This document shows positions 6,856 to 16,696 of a stretch of DNA of 23,770 nt, piece by piece. The position numbers were made by a program, and so were the translations under genes. Below the pieces are notes generated by a model. That model saw only the letters and a program-made list of their open reading frames with translations, did not search any database and was not told where the DNA came from. Source of the DNA: a bacterium (lineage in GTDB: Bacteria > Bacillota > Clostridia > Christensenellales > Aristaeellaceae); the NCBI GenBank assembly GCA_963624325.1, contig CAVFPH010000028.1:1-23770 (forward strand), in the 5' to 3' direction. How positions within the stretch are numbered: the stretch's first letter is position 1; each line of letters opens with the position of its first letter.

Positions 6856-9303
6856 TTACCACAGAATAATATCCTTGACAACATCATCCATCAGCGCGAT
6901 CACTGCCGTTTTTCCCTTGTCGGAAAGCCCTTGACAGGCAATGGACTCACTGTTCATGGGGCTCAGCATGCCGCCTGCCTGCAAAACGGTAAAGTCGCGC
7001 GCGTCGCTCAGCTTTACACAGGCAGCAATGCAGGAACCGTTGCTGCCGTTTTTGTTGAAGGCAAAGCATTTTACACCCTTGCCGCCGCGCCCCTGCGGAT
7101 CGAGCATGGCACCGGGGATGCGCTTGGCGTAGCCTGCCTCACTGAACATAAGCAGCTGCTCATTGTTTTGAAGCGTGCAGCCGCGGATTACGCGATCCCC
7201 CTCCGACAGCGAGATGCCCTTGACACCGGCCGAGGCGCGTCCCTGCGCAGGCACAGCATCCAAAGAAAAGCGGATGCACATGCCGCTGCGGGTGATAATC
7301 GCCGCATCTGCGCGGCTTTGCGATACAGCAACATCCACTACACGATCCCCGTCCTTTAGCACCAGCGCGGCAAACCGCTGACGGCGCACGGCGTACTCGG
7401 AGGCGGCGCTGCGCTTAATTAGGCCGTTTTGCGTAAAGAAGAGCAGATCCGGCGTGCTTTCAAAGGCTTTGGGGGCGATATCCAGGATGCGCACGCATTT
7501 TTCATCGCTCTCAATTCCCTGCAAGATGCCCGTTAACGCCACGCCGCGTTCCTTGGGACGCAGCGAATCGGCAATGGCGGATACCGAAAGCGGATAGCAT
7601 TGCCCATGATCGGTAAAGAAAAGCAGGGTATGATCGGTTTGCGTACGCAGCAGGAACAGGGGCATATCGCTCTCCTGCGTGGTCAAATCGATCTTTTCAA
7701 AGATGCGCGGTGCCATGCGCCGCAGCTGACCGCCGCGGGTATAGAGCACCACCGTGTCCTCGGGCACGGGAGCTTCGCTGTCGTCTTCTTCCTCGACAAC
7801 CGTGCTTTCTTCTTCTTTTTGAATGGTGGTGCGGCGGTCATCGCCGTACTGCTCCCCGATTTCGCCCAGTTCTTTTTTGATTACGCCCAACAGTTTGCGC
7901 TCACTGCCGAGGATTGCCTCCAGCTCCGCAATCCGTTTGTGCAACTGTTCGGCCTCCTCCCGAAGAGCCAGAATTTCAAGCCCGGTCAGCCGCTGCAGAC
8001 GCAGATCCAAAATAGCCTGTGCCTGTGTTTCGGTAAAACCGAACTGCGCACACAAACGCTCACGGGCTTCCTTGGCGTTTTTGGAGGCGCGGATGGTTTT
8101 GATCACCTCATCCAGTACGTCTACGGCGTGAATCAGACCCTCGACAATGTGATCCCGAGCCTTAGCCTGATCCAGATCATACTCAGAACGGCGGGTGATT
8201 ACGTTCTTTTGATGCTCGATAAAGGCATCCAGCATGGCCAGCAGCCCCATCTGCACGGGCTTGCCCTGATAGATTGCCACCATGTTTACGCCGTATGTGA
8301 CCTGCAGATCACTGTATTTATACAGCTTTTGCAGGATCTTGTTGGGATCGTAATCCTTTTTGATTTCGATGACCGCCCGCAGGCCCGTGCGGTCAGACTC
8401 ATCCCGGATGTCGTGGATGCAGCTGAAGACAGCCTTTTTCTCCTCCGACAGCTTGAGTATTTTGGACAGCATATCGGCCTTGTTGACGCCGTAGGGAACC
8501 TCGGTAACGCAAATCAAAGAACGCCCCAGCGGCCCTTTTTCAATATGCACACGGGCGCGCAGGGTCAATTTGCCGCGGCCCGTCTGGTAGGCCGTGCGGA
8601 TTTCGGGGGTATCCAGCAATACGCCGCCGGTCGGAAAATCGGGGGCGGGAAGCACCTGCATAAAATCATCCAGTGTGGCCTTGGGCTTGTCTATGCGCAA
8701 ATTCACCGCGCGGATGACCTCCCGCAGGTTGTGCGGGGGGATATTGGTAGCAAGACCTACCGCAATGCCCGACGCGCCGTTGACCAGCAGATTGGGAAAA
8801 CGGGCGGGAAGAATTTCGGGCTCTTTGAGGGTATCGTCAAAGTTCAGATGGAAGGGGACGGTATCCTTGTCCAGATCCCGCAGCATCTGCAGGGCAAGCG
8901 GGGCCATGCGGGCCTCGGTATAACGCATGGCAGCGGCGCTGTCACCGTCAATCGAGCCGAAATTGCCGTGCCCATCCACCAGCGTGGCACGAAGCGAAAA
9001 GCTCTGCGCCATGCGTACCAGGGCATCATAGACGGAACTGTCACCGTGGGGATGATATTTACCCAGACAGTCACCCACGATACGCGCGCATTTGCGGTGC
9101 GGCTTGTCGGGTGTATTGCCCAGCTCCATCATGGTATAGAGAATGCGGCGCTGAACAGGCTTTAATCCATCCTCCACGCGGGGCAGGGCGCGCTCCAAAA
9201 TGACATGCTCGGCATAGGGCATCATGCTCATATGCATCACGTCCTCCAGGGGCATCTGGACAATATCGGGGGTAATGGGATTGGCAGGCGGCTGCTTGGG
9301 CAT
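6856..9303 (-). CDS. parC: Type IIA DNA topoisomerase subunit A (topoisomerase IV ParC-like; a GyrA paralogue is not excluded)
   Basis: The protein is 815 aa with motifs [47 protein letters not shown] and [24 protein letters not shown], plus a beta-pinwheel C-terminal domain. Gln in KPVQRR and DSSVY are ParC-like. The gene is not in a dnaA-dnaN-recF context. The SD AAGGAGGG lies 8 nt before the ATG. Confidence 0.9.
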   Translation of the reverse strand: MPKQPPANPITPDIVQMPLEDVMHMSMMPYAEHVILERALPRVEDGLKPVQRRILYTMMELGNTPDKPHRKCARIVGDCLGKYHPHGDSSVYDALVRMAQSFSLRATLVDGHGNFGSIDGDSAAAMRYTEARMAPLALQMLRDLDKDTVPFHLNFDDTLKEPEILPARFPNLLVNGASGIAVGLATNIPPHNLREVIRAVNLRIDKPKATLDDFMQVLPAPDFPTGGVLLDTPEIRTAYQTGRGKLTLRARVHIEKGPLGRSLICVTEVPYGVNKADMLSKILKLSEEKKAVFSCIHDIRDESDRTGLRAVIEIKKDYDPNKILQKLYKYSDLQVTYGVNMVAIYQGKPVQMGLLAMLDAFIEHQKNVITRRSEYDLDQAKARDHIVEGLIHAVDVLDEVIKTIRASKNAKEARERLCAQFGFTETQAQAILDLRLQRLTGLEILALREEAEQLHKRIAELEAILGSERKLLGVIKKELGEIGEQYGDDRRTTIQKEEESTVVEEEDDSEAPVPEDTVVLYTRGGQLRRMAPRIFEKIDLTTQESDMPLFLLRTQTDHTLLFFTDHGQCYPLSVSAIADSLRPKERGVALTGILQGIESDEKCVRILDIAPKAFESTPDLLFFTQNGLIKRSAASEYAVRRQRFAALVLKDGDRVVDVAVSQSRADAAIITRSGMCIRFSLDAVPAQGRASAGVKGISLSEGDRVIRGCTLQNNEQLLMFSEAGYAKRIPGAMLDPQGRGGKGVKCFAFNKNGSNGSCIAACVKLSDARDFTVLQAGGMLSPMNSESIACQGLSDKGKTAVIALMDDVVKDIILW

Positions 9304-9364
9304 AAAATAAACCCTCCTTGCGGCATAACGGACTGTGCACGGACAGGCCGATCAAAGCAAATGA

Positions 9365-11356
9365 TTAATTCTTCTGTTCCTTTTGAAGCTGATGGGATTC
9401 AAAGCTGTCCTGCTTGTTGAACTCGGCATGACTGATAATGTATTCACGGCGCGGGTCTACCTTGTCGCCCATCAGGATGGTAATGATTTCGTCCTCGCGC
9501 GCGGCATCTTCCAGCGTTACCCGCATCAGCTTTCTGTGGGCAGGATCCATGGTCGTTTCCCACAGCTGCTCCGGGTTCATTTCGCCAAGGCCTTTATAGC
9601 GCTGAATGGTGTAATTTTTCTTGCCTTCGGTCAGACGCCGGAGCGCTTTATCATCGTAGGCATATTCCTGCGAGCCGGGGCGCTTTACCAGATAGAGGGG
9701 CGGCATGCCGATGTATACATGCCCCTGCGCAACCAGTTCCCGCATGTAGCGGTAGAAGAAGGTGAGCAGGATGGCGCGGATATGCGCACCGTCCTGATCG
9801 GCATCGGAGAGGATGATTACCTTGTGATATTTCAGCGCACTGATGTCAAAGTCCTCATCAATGTTGGTGCCAAGCGCCGTGATGATGGAACGGAATTCCT
9901 CATTGGCCAGCACCTGATCCAGACGCTTTTTTTCGGCATTCAGCGGCTTTCCGCGCAGCGGCAGAATGGCCTGAAAATGCCGATCCCGTCCTTGCTTGGC
10001 GCTGCCGCCGGCCGAATCGCCCTCCACAATAAACAATTCGTTTTCAATGGGCTTGCGTCCGGTGCAGGCAGACAGCTTGCCCACCAGCGGCGCAGCTTCC
10101 AAAGAGTTTCGGACACGGGCGGCATCGCGCGCTTTGCGCGCTGCCTCGCGTACCTTGGCGGACTTGACGGCTTTTTCCACAATTTTTTGCGCCAGATCGC
10201 CGTTTTTCAGGTTTTCCAGAAACTCCGCCAACCGCAGGCCGATAATTCCTTCAACAGCGGGTTTTACCTCGCTGTTGCCCAGCTTCCCTTTGGTTTGCCC
10301 CTCAAATTGCGGATTCTTGACCATCACGGTCAGCACGGCGGTGAGCCCTTCGCGGAAATCCTCGCCCGCCAGATTGGCATCCTTTTCCTTGAGCGCACCG
10401 ATCTTGCGGGCATAATCGTTGAATGCCTTGGTCAGCGCGCTGCGGAAGCCCATCTCATGCGTGCCGCCCTCACCGGTGGGAATATTGTTGACGTAGCTGA
10501 ATATGGACTCGGTGTAGCTGTCCGTATACTGCATGGCAACAGTGCAGACGACATCATCCTTTTTCCCTTCCAGCAGGATGGGCGTATCATGCAGGGGCGT
10601 TTTGTCGCGGTTCAGGTATTTTACATAGTCCGCAATGCCGCCGGCATAGCAAAACTGCGTTTCACGCTGATCGTCTTTGGCGCGCTCGTCAACAAAGGTG
10701 ATTTTCAAGCCCTTGTTCAGGTAAGCCAGCTCGCGCAGGCGGCGGGATACGGTTTCGCTGTTGAAACGATGATCTTCGGTAAAAATGGTATCATCGGGCA
10801 GAAAACGCACAAGTGTGCCGCGCTTGCGGGTATTGCCCAGTGTCTGCAGCCCGCCGACAGGCTTGCCGGCGTGCCATTTTTTCTCTTTTTCATTCCAGAT
10901 GGTTTCAAAGCGCATCTGATAATGCGTCCAATCGCGGAAAGAATCCACAACCATCCACTTGCTAAGTGCATTGACTACCGATGCACCCACGCCGTGCAGA
11001 CCGCCCGAGTAGGCATAGTTTTCGTTGCCGAATTTGCCGCCGGCATGCAGACGGGTGTAGATCAGCTCGATACCCGAAACATGCAGCTGCGGATGCTCAT
11101 CCACCGGCACGCCGCGGCCGTTATCCCACACGGAGGCAGAACCGTCCTTGTGCAGGGTTACGATAATTTCGGTTGCATACCCTGCCAGGGCTTCATCGAT
11201 GCCGTTGTCCACAATCTCCCACAGCAGATGATGCAGGCCGCGGACGCTGGTGGTGCCGATATACATGCCCGGCCGCATGCGGACGGCATCCAGCCCCTCC
11301 AATACCTGGATTTTTCCCGCGTTGTAAGATTCGGACGATGCGCTGATTGACGGCAT
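9365..11356 (-). CDS. parE: Type IIA DNA topoisomerase subunit B (ParE/GyrB family ATPase-TOPRIM subunit)
   Basis: The protein is 663 aa with motifs IQVLEGLDAVRMRPGMYIG, LHHLLWEIVDNGIDEA, GGLHGVGASVVNALS, EGDSAGGSAKQGRDR, PLRGKPLN and DADQDGAHIRAILLTFFYR. It lies 61 nt upstream of the A subunit on the same strand. The SD is GGGAGG. Confidence 0.9.
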   Translation of the reverse strand: MPSISASSESYNAGKIQVLEGLDAVRMRPGMYIGTTSVRGLHHLLWEIVDNGIDEALAGYATEIIVTLHKDGSASVWDNGRGVPVDEHPQLHVSGIELIYTRLHAGGKFGNENYAYSGGLHGVGASVVNALSKWMVVDSFRDWTHYQMRFETIWNEKEKKWHAGKPVGGLQTLGNTRKRGTLVRFLPDDTIFTEDHRFNSETVSRRLRELAYLNKGLKITFVDERAKDDQRETQFCYAGGIADYVKYLNRDKTPLHDTPILLEGKKDDVVCTVAMQYTDSYTESIFSYVNNIPTGEGGTHEMGFRSALTKAFNDYARKIGALKEKDANLAGEDFREGLTAVLTVMVKNPQFEGQTKGKLGNSEVKPAVEGIIGLRLAEFLENLKNGDLAQKIVEKAVKSAKVREAARKARDAARVRNSLEAAPLVGKLSACTGRKPIENELFIVEGDSAGGSAKQGRDRHFQAILPLRGKPLNAEKKRLDQVLANEEFRSIITALGTNIDEDFDISALKYHKVIILSDADQDGAHIRAILLTFFYRYMRELVAQGHVYIGMPPLYLVKRPGSQEYAYDDKALRRLTEGKKNYTIQRYKGLGEMNPEQLWETTMDPAHRKLMRVTLEDAAREDEIITILMGDKVDPRREYIISHAEFNKQDSFESHQLQKEQKN

Positions 11357-11399
11357 ATCATAAACCTCCCGGTGAATTGCTGTAATCGCATAGCATATT

Positions 11400-11429
11400 A
11401 TTATATCATAATTTCGGGCAGGATGTCAA
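11400..11429 (-). promoter_or_regulatory. Promoter of the parE-parC operon
   Basis: On the minus strand: TTGACA (rc of 11424-11429), an 18-nt spacer, then TATAAT (rc of 11400-11405) preceded by an extended TG (TGATATAAT). It lies about 44 nt upstream of the ATG at 11356. Confidence 0.75.
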
Positions 11430-11492
11430 AATTCGGGAAAACGCGGGAACAATTCAGGGCGCTGTTCGCAGACGGAATGAACCTGCGCTTGC

Positions 11493-11521
11493 TTGCGTCC
11501 TGCTGTGTTTTGTGGTATACT
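11493..11521 (+). promoter_or_regulatory. Promoter of the FAD-protein/desulfhydrase/GNAT unit
   Basis: TTGCGT (11493-11498), a 17-nt spacer, then TATACT (11516-11521) with TG at -15/-14 (TGGTATACT). It is divergent from the parE promoter. Confidence 0.6.
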
Positions 11522-11583
11522 TTGAGCGGTGGTATGCCGCAGGCACATCCGTATGCGGCAGACGTTTTCACGACTGGATTGAA

Positions 11584-12966
11584 ATGGAGATTTCGTTTGT
11601 GCGGTATGATGTAATCATCGTCGGCGCAGGTCCCGGCGGTATTTTTGCGGCTTATGAGCTGAGCCGTCTGGATGATCAGCTGAAAATTGCGGTGATAGAG
11701 GCAGGGCATCCCCTTGAAAAGCGCCGCTGTCCCATTGACGGCGATAAGATAAAAACCTGTATCGGCTGCAAAAGCTGCTCGATTATGAGCGGTTTCGGCG
11801 GCGCAGGCGCGTTTTCGGATGGCAAATACAACATCACCAACGATTTCGGCGGCACGCTGTATGAGCATATCGGCAGGCAGCGTGCGCTGGAGCTGATGCG
11901 CTACGTGGATGAAATCAACATGCAGCACGGGGGTGAAGGCACCAAACTGTACAGCACGGCGGGGACACGATTCAAAAAACTGTGCATCCAAAATAAACTG
12001 AACCTGCTGGATGCGTCCGTGCGCCACTTGGGCACCGACATCAACTATGTGGTGCTGCAGAACCTGTATGAGGAGATGCGGCAGCACATAGATTTCTATT
12101 TTGATACCCCTGTGCGCAGCATCGAGGTGATTGACGGCGGTTATCGCGTCAGCGGCGATCACGAAAGCTGGGAATGCCGTGAATGCGTGGTATCAGTGGG
12201 CCGCAGCGGCAGCAAATGGATGGAAAGTGTCTGCGAGGCACTTGGCATCGAGACCAAATCCAACCGTGTGGATCTGGGCGTTCGGGTTGAGCTGCCGGCC
12301 GTGGTATTCAGCCACCTGACGGATGAGCTTTACGAAAGCAAAATTGTCTACCGTACCGAGAAATTTGAGGATAATGTGCGCACATTCTGCATGAATCCCT
12401 ACGGCATTGTGGTAAATGAAAACACCAACGGCATTGTAACCGTCAACGGCCACAGCTACGAGGATCCCTCCAAGCGCACCGAGAATACAAACTTTGCGCT
12501 GCTTGTCAGCAAGCACTTTTCGATTCCGTTCAAGGACAGCAACGGCTACGGCGAAAGCATCGCACGCTTAAGCAATATGCTGGGCGGCGGCGTGATTGTG
12601 CAGCGCTTCGGCGATCTGGTGCGCGGCCGCCGCAGCACGGTAAAGCGCGTGGAGGAGGGGCTTGTGCGCCCGACACTGGCCGCTACACCCGGAGATTTAA
12701 GCCTGGTATTGCCCAAGCGCATTTTGGATGGTATCATCGAAATGATCTATGCGCTGGACCGCATTGCCCCGGGCACAGCCAATGATGATACGCTGCTCTA
12801 CGGCGTTGAGGTAAAATTTTACAACATGGAAGTAGACGTAAACGAAAATTTGGAAACCCGCTATCCCGGATTGTATGTTATCGGGGACGGAAGCGGCATT
12901 ACGCATTCGCTTTCCCATGCTTCTGCCAGCGGCGTATATGTAGCGCGGCAGATTGCAGGCAAGTAA
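11584..12966 (+). CDS. Uncharacterised FAD-dependent dehydrogenase (COG2509-type) with a Cys-rich insert
   Basis: The Rossmann motif is YDVIIVGAGPGGIFAAYEL, followed by KRRCPIDGDKIKTCIGCKSCSIMSGFGGAGAFSDGK and a C-terminal GLYVIGDGSGITHSL. The track start at 11512 lies inside the promoter. Candidate starts are the ATG at 11584 and the GTG at 11599, which has GGAGA 8 nt upstream. Confidence 0.8.
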   Translation: MEISFVRYDVIIVGAGPGGIFAAYELSRLDDQLKIAVIEAGHPLEKRRCPIDGDKIKTCIGCKSCSIMSGFGGAGAFSDGKYNITNDFGGTLYEHIGRQRALELMRYVDEINMQHGGEGTKLYSTAGTRFKKLCIQNKLNLLDASVRHLGTDINYVVLQNLYEEMRQHIDFYFDTPVRSIEVIDGGYRVSGDHESWECRECVVSVGRSGSKWMESVCEALGIETKSNRVDLGVRVELPAVVFSHLTDELYESKIVYRTEKFEDNVRTFCMNPYGIVVNENTNGIVTVNGHSYEDPSKRTENTNFALLVSKHFSIPFKDSNGYGESIARLSNMLGGGVIVQRFGDLVRGRRSTVKRVEEGLVRPTLAATPGDLSLVLPKRILDGIIEMIYALDRIAPGTANDDTLLYGVEVKFYNMEVDVNENLETRYPGLYVIGDGSGITHSLSHASASGVYVARQIAGK

Positions 12967-12996
12967 GAACAGGACACCGATGTAGGAGGGAAGATT

Positions 12997-14058
12997 ATGA
13001 CAATGCAGGAAAAAGAGGAACTGCTGGCGGCACGGTTGGCAGAGCATCCCAAGGTCAGTCTCGGCTTTTATCCGACCCCGCTGTGCAGGCTTGAAAAGCT
13101 GTCTGCCATGTTCGGCGTGGAGCTGTACATGAAACGGGAAGACTTTTCCGGCATAAGCGTATTCGGCGGGAACAAGATGCGAAAGCTTGAGTATGTTTTC
13201 GGCGATGTACTCAAAAGCGGCTGCGACACGGTGTTTACCTATGGTGCAACGCAGTCAAACCATGCCATGCAGACTGCCACCGCGGCACGCAAGTGCGGCG
13301 TGGAGCCTGTGCTGTGGCTGACCGAATTTGTGCATGCCGCAGAGGAGGATGTGCGCGCAAACATCCTGCTTGATGCCATTCTGGGTGCGGAGGTGCACAT
13401 CATCAGCAGGGAGCAGGCCAAGGATAAAGCCGAAGTGACGCGCCATCGGCGCGAGGAACTGGCCGCACAGGGACACAAGGTTTACGATATTCTGGGCGGC
13501 GCGGCGGATGCCATCGGCGGCTGCGGCTTTACGGAAGGCTTCCTGGAATTGTACCGGCAGATGGAAGCCCTTGGCGAGACGCCGGATTATGTGTTCACAA
13601 CAACCGGCTCCGGCGGGACGGTATCCGGCCTGGTGGCTGCCAAGAAAGCGCTGGGGCTCGATACCAAAATCATCGGCATTCGGGTGGCTGACAAGCCCGC
13701 GACGTACAAAGAAAAAATTATAGGCTTGGCCAACGATGTGCTGGAATATCTTGGCTATGACAGGACGGCATGCGATGAGGATTTTGAAATCAATGCCGAT
13801 TACTATGGCGAGGGCTACGAAATTCCCTATGAGCCGGCAAACGAAACAATACGGCTTGTCGCCAGAAAAGAAGGCATTATGCTGGATCCCGTCTACACCG
13901 GCAAGGGCTTCAACGCCGTGCTTGAATACATCAAAAGCGGCATCGTGAAGCCCCAAAGCAGGGTGGTGTTCCTGCATACGGGCGGAACCACGGCCCTATT
14001 TGCCGAGCCGTCGATGGTCGGTTCGCTTTCGGTAAACGACAGGTTATTCCGTGAGTAA
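12997..14058 (+). CDS. PLP-dependent D-cysteine desulfhydrase / ACC deaminase family enzyme
   Basis: The protein is 353 aa: YPTPLCRLEKLS...LYMKREDFSGISVFGGNKMRKLEY (PLP-Lys motif GGNKxRKLE), ...TTGSGGTVSGL..., ...DPVYTGKG. The SD GGAGGG lies 6 nt before the ATG at 12997. Confidence 0.85.
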   Translation: MTMQEKEELLAARLAEHPKVSLGFYPTPLCRLEKLSAMFGVELYMKREDFSGISVFGGNKMRKLEYVFGDVLKSGCDTVFTYGATQSNHAMQTATAARKCGVEPVLWLTEFVHAAEEDVRANILLDAILGAEVHIISREQAKDKAEVTRHRREELAAQGHKVYDILGGAADAIGGCGFTEGFLELYRQMEALGETPDYVFTTTGSGGTVSGLVAAKKALGLDTKIIGIRVADKPATYKEKIIGLANDVLEYLGYDRTACDEDFEINADYYGEGYEIPYEPANETIRLVARKEGIMLDPVYTGKGFNAVLEYIKSGIVKPQSRVVFLHTGGTTALFAEPSMVGSLSVNDRLFRE

Positions 14059-14117
14059 ACCTGCAAAGCTGCCCCAAAGGTGACAAGGAGAAAGCCGCTC
14101 TGCAGCGGCAGCATACC

Positions 14118-14645
14118 ATGATGAGCGTAGAGTTGCTGATGGAGCCCACCGAGGCCTGGCTTGACGAGGTATCTGCCTATAAGCAGGCGATGATAGAAGC
14201 CGGCAGTTCCATGGATGGTGTGGGGATGCTGGCACATGCGGATCGGGCGGAGCAATGGCTGCAGCTGTGCCGTGATTATAAACATCGGGAAACCACCCCG
14301 CCCAACCTGGTGCCGGCCACGCAGTTTATCTATGTGCGGCCGGCCGATCATACGCTGCTTGGCATGCTGAATTTGCGGCATGAACTAAACAGCTATCTGC
14401 GCCTTTACGGCGGGCATATCGGCTACAGCGTTCATCCGCAGCATCGCCGCCAAGGTGTTGCCACGCGGATGCTGGCGGCTGCCCTACTTGCCTGCCGTGA
14501 AATGGGGCTGGATCGTGTGCTGATTACCTGCTATGCGGATAACGAAGCCAGTCGCCGAACGATCCTCCGCAACGGCGGCGTGTACGACGGCGACAGTGTG
14601 CAGGATGACGGACGGCATGTTCAAAGGTACTGGATTGAATTATAA
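14118..14645 (+). CDS. GNAT-family N-acetyltransferase (COG3981-like)
   Basis: The protein is 175 aa. The segment IGYSVHPQHRRQGVATRMLAAALLACREMGLDRVLITCYADNEASRRTILRNGG is a typical GNAT motif A (Q/RxxGxA). The SD is weak, and the start could be 14118 or 14121. Confidence 0.8.
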   Translation: MMSVELLMEPTEAWLDEVSAYKQAMIEAGSSMDGVGMLAHADRAEQWLQLCRDYKHRETTPPNLVPATQFIYVRPADHTLLGMLNLRHELNSYLRLYGGHIGYSVHPQHRRQGVATRMLAAALLACREMGLDRVLITCYADNEASRRTILRNGGVYDGDSVQDDGRHVQRYWIEL

Positions 14646-14685
14646 AATGATTCCCCTCAGATCATCGACCTGAGGGGAATCATTT
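14645..14685. terminator. Bidirectional intrinsic terminator between the GNAT gene and ftsH
   Basis: AAATGATTCCCCTCAG (14645-14660) and CTGAGGGGAATCATTT (14670-14685) form a perfect 16-bp stem with a 9-nt loop. The A/T runs at the stem ends serve as U-tracts in both directions. Confidence 0.85.
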
Positions 14686-14694
14686 ATATGGGGC

Positions 14695-16608
14695 TTATTC
14701 CGTCACATGGCTGTTGTCTGCCGCATCTGTTTCCTTTTTGCTTTCCTGCGCCAGGATGCGCTGGAACTCTTCACCGGAAATGTTTTCCTTTTCCAGCAGA
14801 TACTCGGCCAGGTCATGCAGCTTTTCGGTGTTCTGCTTCAGGATTTCCAGGGCGGAGTTGTATGCCTCTTTGATTAGATCCATGACTTCCTCATCGATAC
14901 GCGCGGCGGTATCGGCGGAACAGGCCAGCTGTGCATCGCCGCCCAGGTAGGCGTTGGTGCTGGTTTCCAGCGCTACCATGCCGAATTTTTCGCTCATGCC
15001 GTAGCGTGTCACCATGGCGCGGGCAAGCTTTGTGGCCTGCTCGATATCGTTGCTGGCACCTGTGGTGCAGGTGTTGCAGGCGTATTCCTCGGCGGCGCGG
15101 CCGGCAGTCAGCACGGCCAGCTTGGCCAGGATATCCTCCCGCTTCATCAGCACATGCTCTTCCTCATCCACCTGCATGGTGTAGCCCAGTGCACCCGAGG
15201 TACGCGGGATGATGGTGATTTTCTGCACCGGTACGGCGTTCTTCTGATGCGCGGCAACCAGGGCATGGCCGATTTCGTGATAGGCCACAATGCGCTTTTC
15301 GGCCTCGGGGATCACAAAGCTCTTGCGCTCGGTACCTGCGATGACGGTTTCCACCGAGCTTTCCAGATCCTCCTGCGTAACCGCCTGATGCCCCATTCGC
15401 ACGGCGCGAAGGGCGGCTTCGTTTACGATGTTGGCCAGATCCGCACCCGAAGCGCCTACGGTAGCACGGGCCACGGCGGTGTAGTCAATATCCTTTGCCG
15501 TGGTGATGCCGCGGGCATGCACGCGCAGCACAGCCTCGCGGCCGCGAAGGTCGGGTAAGTCGACGGTGATGCGGCGATCGAAGCGTCCGGGACGCAGAAG
15601 GGCCGCATCCAGAATTTCGGGACGGTTGGTAGCGCCCAGCACGACAATGCCCTTGGAGGCATCAAAACCATCCATTTCGGCCAGCAGCTGGTTGAGCGCC
15701 TGCTCACGTTCATCATTGGAGGACAAACCCACCGCATCGCGCTTTTTGCCGATGGCATCGATTTCATCGATGAAGATGATGCAGGGGGCTTTTTCGGTTG
15801 CCTGCTTAAACAGGTCGCGCACACGGGCAGCGCCCGTACCTACAAACATTTCCACAAAGGCAGAGCCGCTTACAAAGAAGAAGGGCACTTTGGCCTCGCC
15901 TGCAACGGCCTGCGCAAGCAGTGTTTTGCCCGTACCCGGAGGGCCTACAAGCAGTGCGCCCTTGGGCAGCTTGGCACCGATGGAACGGTACTTTTCGGGC
16001 TGATGCAGAAAGTCCACCAGCTCAATCAGCGCTTCCTTGGCCTCATCCTGGCCTGCCACATCGGTAAATTTCTTGCTTTCATCGCTGACGGTGTACATTT
16101 TCGCGCTGCTTTTGCCAAAGCTCATCGCGCCCATGCCCGAGCCGCCTTTTTTGAACATGCGCACAACAAACACGATCAGTATCACGTAGAAGGCAATGGG
16201 CAGAACCACGCTGATGAGAAGGCTGAGGATGGATACGCCGCCCTCGCTCTCGCCGCCGAAGGTGACGCCGGCGCTTGTCAGGCGTTCTACCAGGTAGGGG
16301 TCATTGACCGCAACCGTTTGGTACTGCTTGGCTGCAGCGGCACTGTAGAACCATGTCAGCTTGTTTTCGCTCTTCAGGGTAAAGGTAATCACACTTGTGC
16401 CGATTGAAACCCGGTCTACCTGTCCCTGCTCCACCATTTGCAGAAAGGCGGAATACTCCACCGTTTCCGTGCTTCCGCTAAAATAGCTGCTCGTAGACAA
16501 AATGGTGGATACAAGCAGCAGACCCAGAATTACAACCGTCACCCAAAAGATGGGCGAGCGCGGTACTTTGGGCTTATCATAGCGATTCTGCTTGTTGTTA
16601 TCGTCCAT
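14695..16608 (-). CDS. ftsH: ATP-dependent zinc metalloprotease FtsH
   Basis: The protein is 637 aa with an N-terminal TM pair, Walker A GPPGTGKT, Walker [10 protein letters not shown], the SRH motif [20 protein letters not shown] and the zinc motif HEIGHAL. The SD is GGAGGAAAAG. Confidence 0.97.
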   Translation of the reverse strand: MDDNNKQNRYDKPKVPRSPIFWVTVVILGLLLVSTILSTSSYFSGSTETVEYSAFLQMVEQGQVDRVSIGTSVITFTLKSENKLTWFYSAAAAKQYQTVAVNDPYLVERLTSAGVTFGGESEGGVSILSLLISVVLPIAFYVILIVFVVRMFKKGGSGMGAMSFGKSSAKMYTVSDESKKFTDVAGQDEAKEALIELVDFLHQPEKYRSIGAKLPKGALLVGPPGTGKTLLAQAVAGEAKVPFFFVSGSAFVEMFVGTGAARVRDLFKQATEKAPCIIFIDEIDAIGKKRDAVGLSSNDEREQALNQLLAEMDGFDASKGIVVLGATNRPEILDAALLRPGRFDRRITVDLPDLRGREAVLRVHARGITTAKDIDYTAVARATVGASGADLANIVNEAALRAVRMGHQAVTQEDLESSVETVIAGTERKSFVIPEAEKRIVAYHEIGHALVAAHQKNAVPVQKITIIPRTSGALGYTMQVDEEEHVLMKREDILAKLAVLTAGRAAEEYACNTCTTGASNDIEQATKLARAMVTRYGMSEKFGMVALETSTNAYLGGDAQLACSADTAARIDEEVMDLIKEAYNSALEILKQNTEKLHDLAEYLLEKENISGEEFQRILAQESKKETDAADNSHVTE

Positions 16609-16653
16609 AATCTTTTCCTCCGTTGGATTGAGAAGTATATCTTCCCTGATTTA

Positions 16654-16684
16654 TAAACGTTTGTTTAAAATAGTTAAACGTTTA
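16654..16684. promoter_or_regulatory. Two copies of a palindromic box, TAAACGTTTG (16654-16663) and TAAACGTTTA (16675-16684), 21 bp apart in the ftsH leader
   Basis: Read directly from the sequence. The second box is a perfect 10-bp palindrome and the first matches at 9 of 10 positions. Both lie between the predicted ftsH -10 and the ftsH SD. Confidence 0.4.
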
Positions 16685-16696
16685 CGAATCATCTGT

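Noticed and set aside
7075-7095. A GyrA-box-like motif, QGRGGKG, in the A-subunit C-terminal domain
   Set aside because: The canonical GyrA box (QRRGGKG) sits in the first blade of the CTD. Here the motif is in one of the last blades and resembles the generic blade repeat; compare [10 protein letters not shown] one blade earlier. It is not sufficient to call this a gyrase.
7600-9165. A 521-aa plus-strand ORF antisense to parC
   Set aside because: This is the same in-phase antisense artefact of codon bias. It has no ribosome-binding site or recognisable motifs, and the parC call on the other strand is unambiguous.
9383-11350. A 655-aa plus-strand ORF spanning almost the whole parE gene
   Set aside because: It is exactly codon-aligned antisense to parE, since 11356 minus 9385 is divisible by 3. 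In that phase, stops arise only from sense TTA/CTA/TCA codons, which this GC-rich gene avoids. The translated product is low-complexity, rich in Ala/Gly/Arg, and has no SD. It is a shadow ORF.
11401-13977. Minus-strand ORFs 11401..12162 (253 aa) and 13255..13977 (240 aa)
   Set aside because: They are antisense to the well-supported FAD-protein and desulfhydrase genes. They have shadow-ORF composition and no translation signals.
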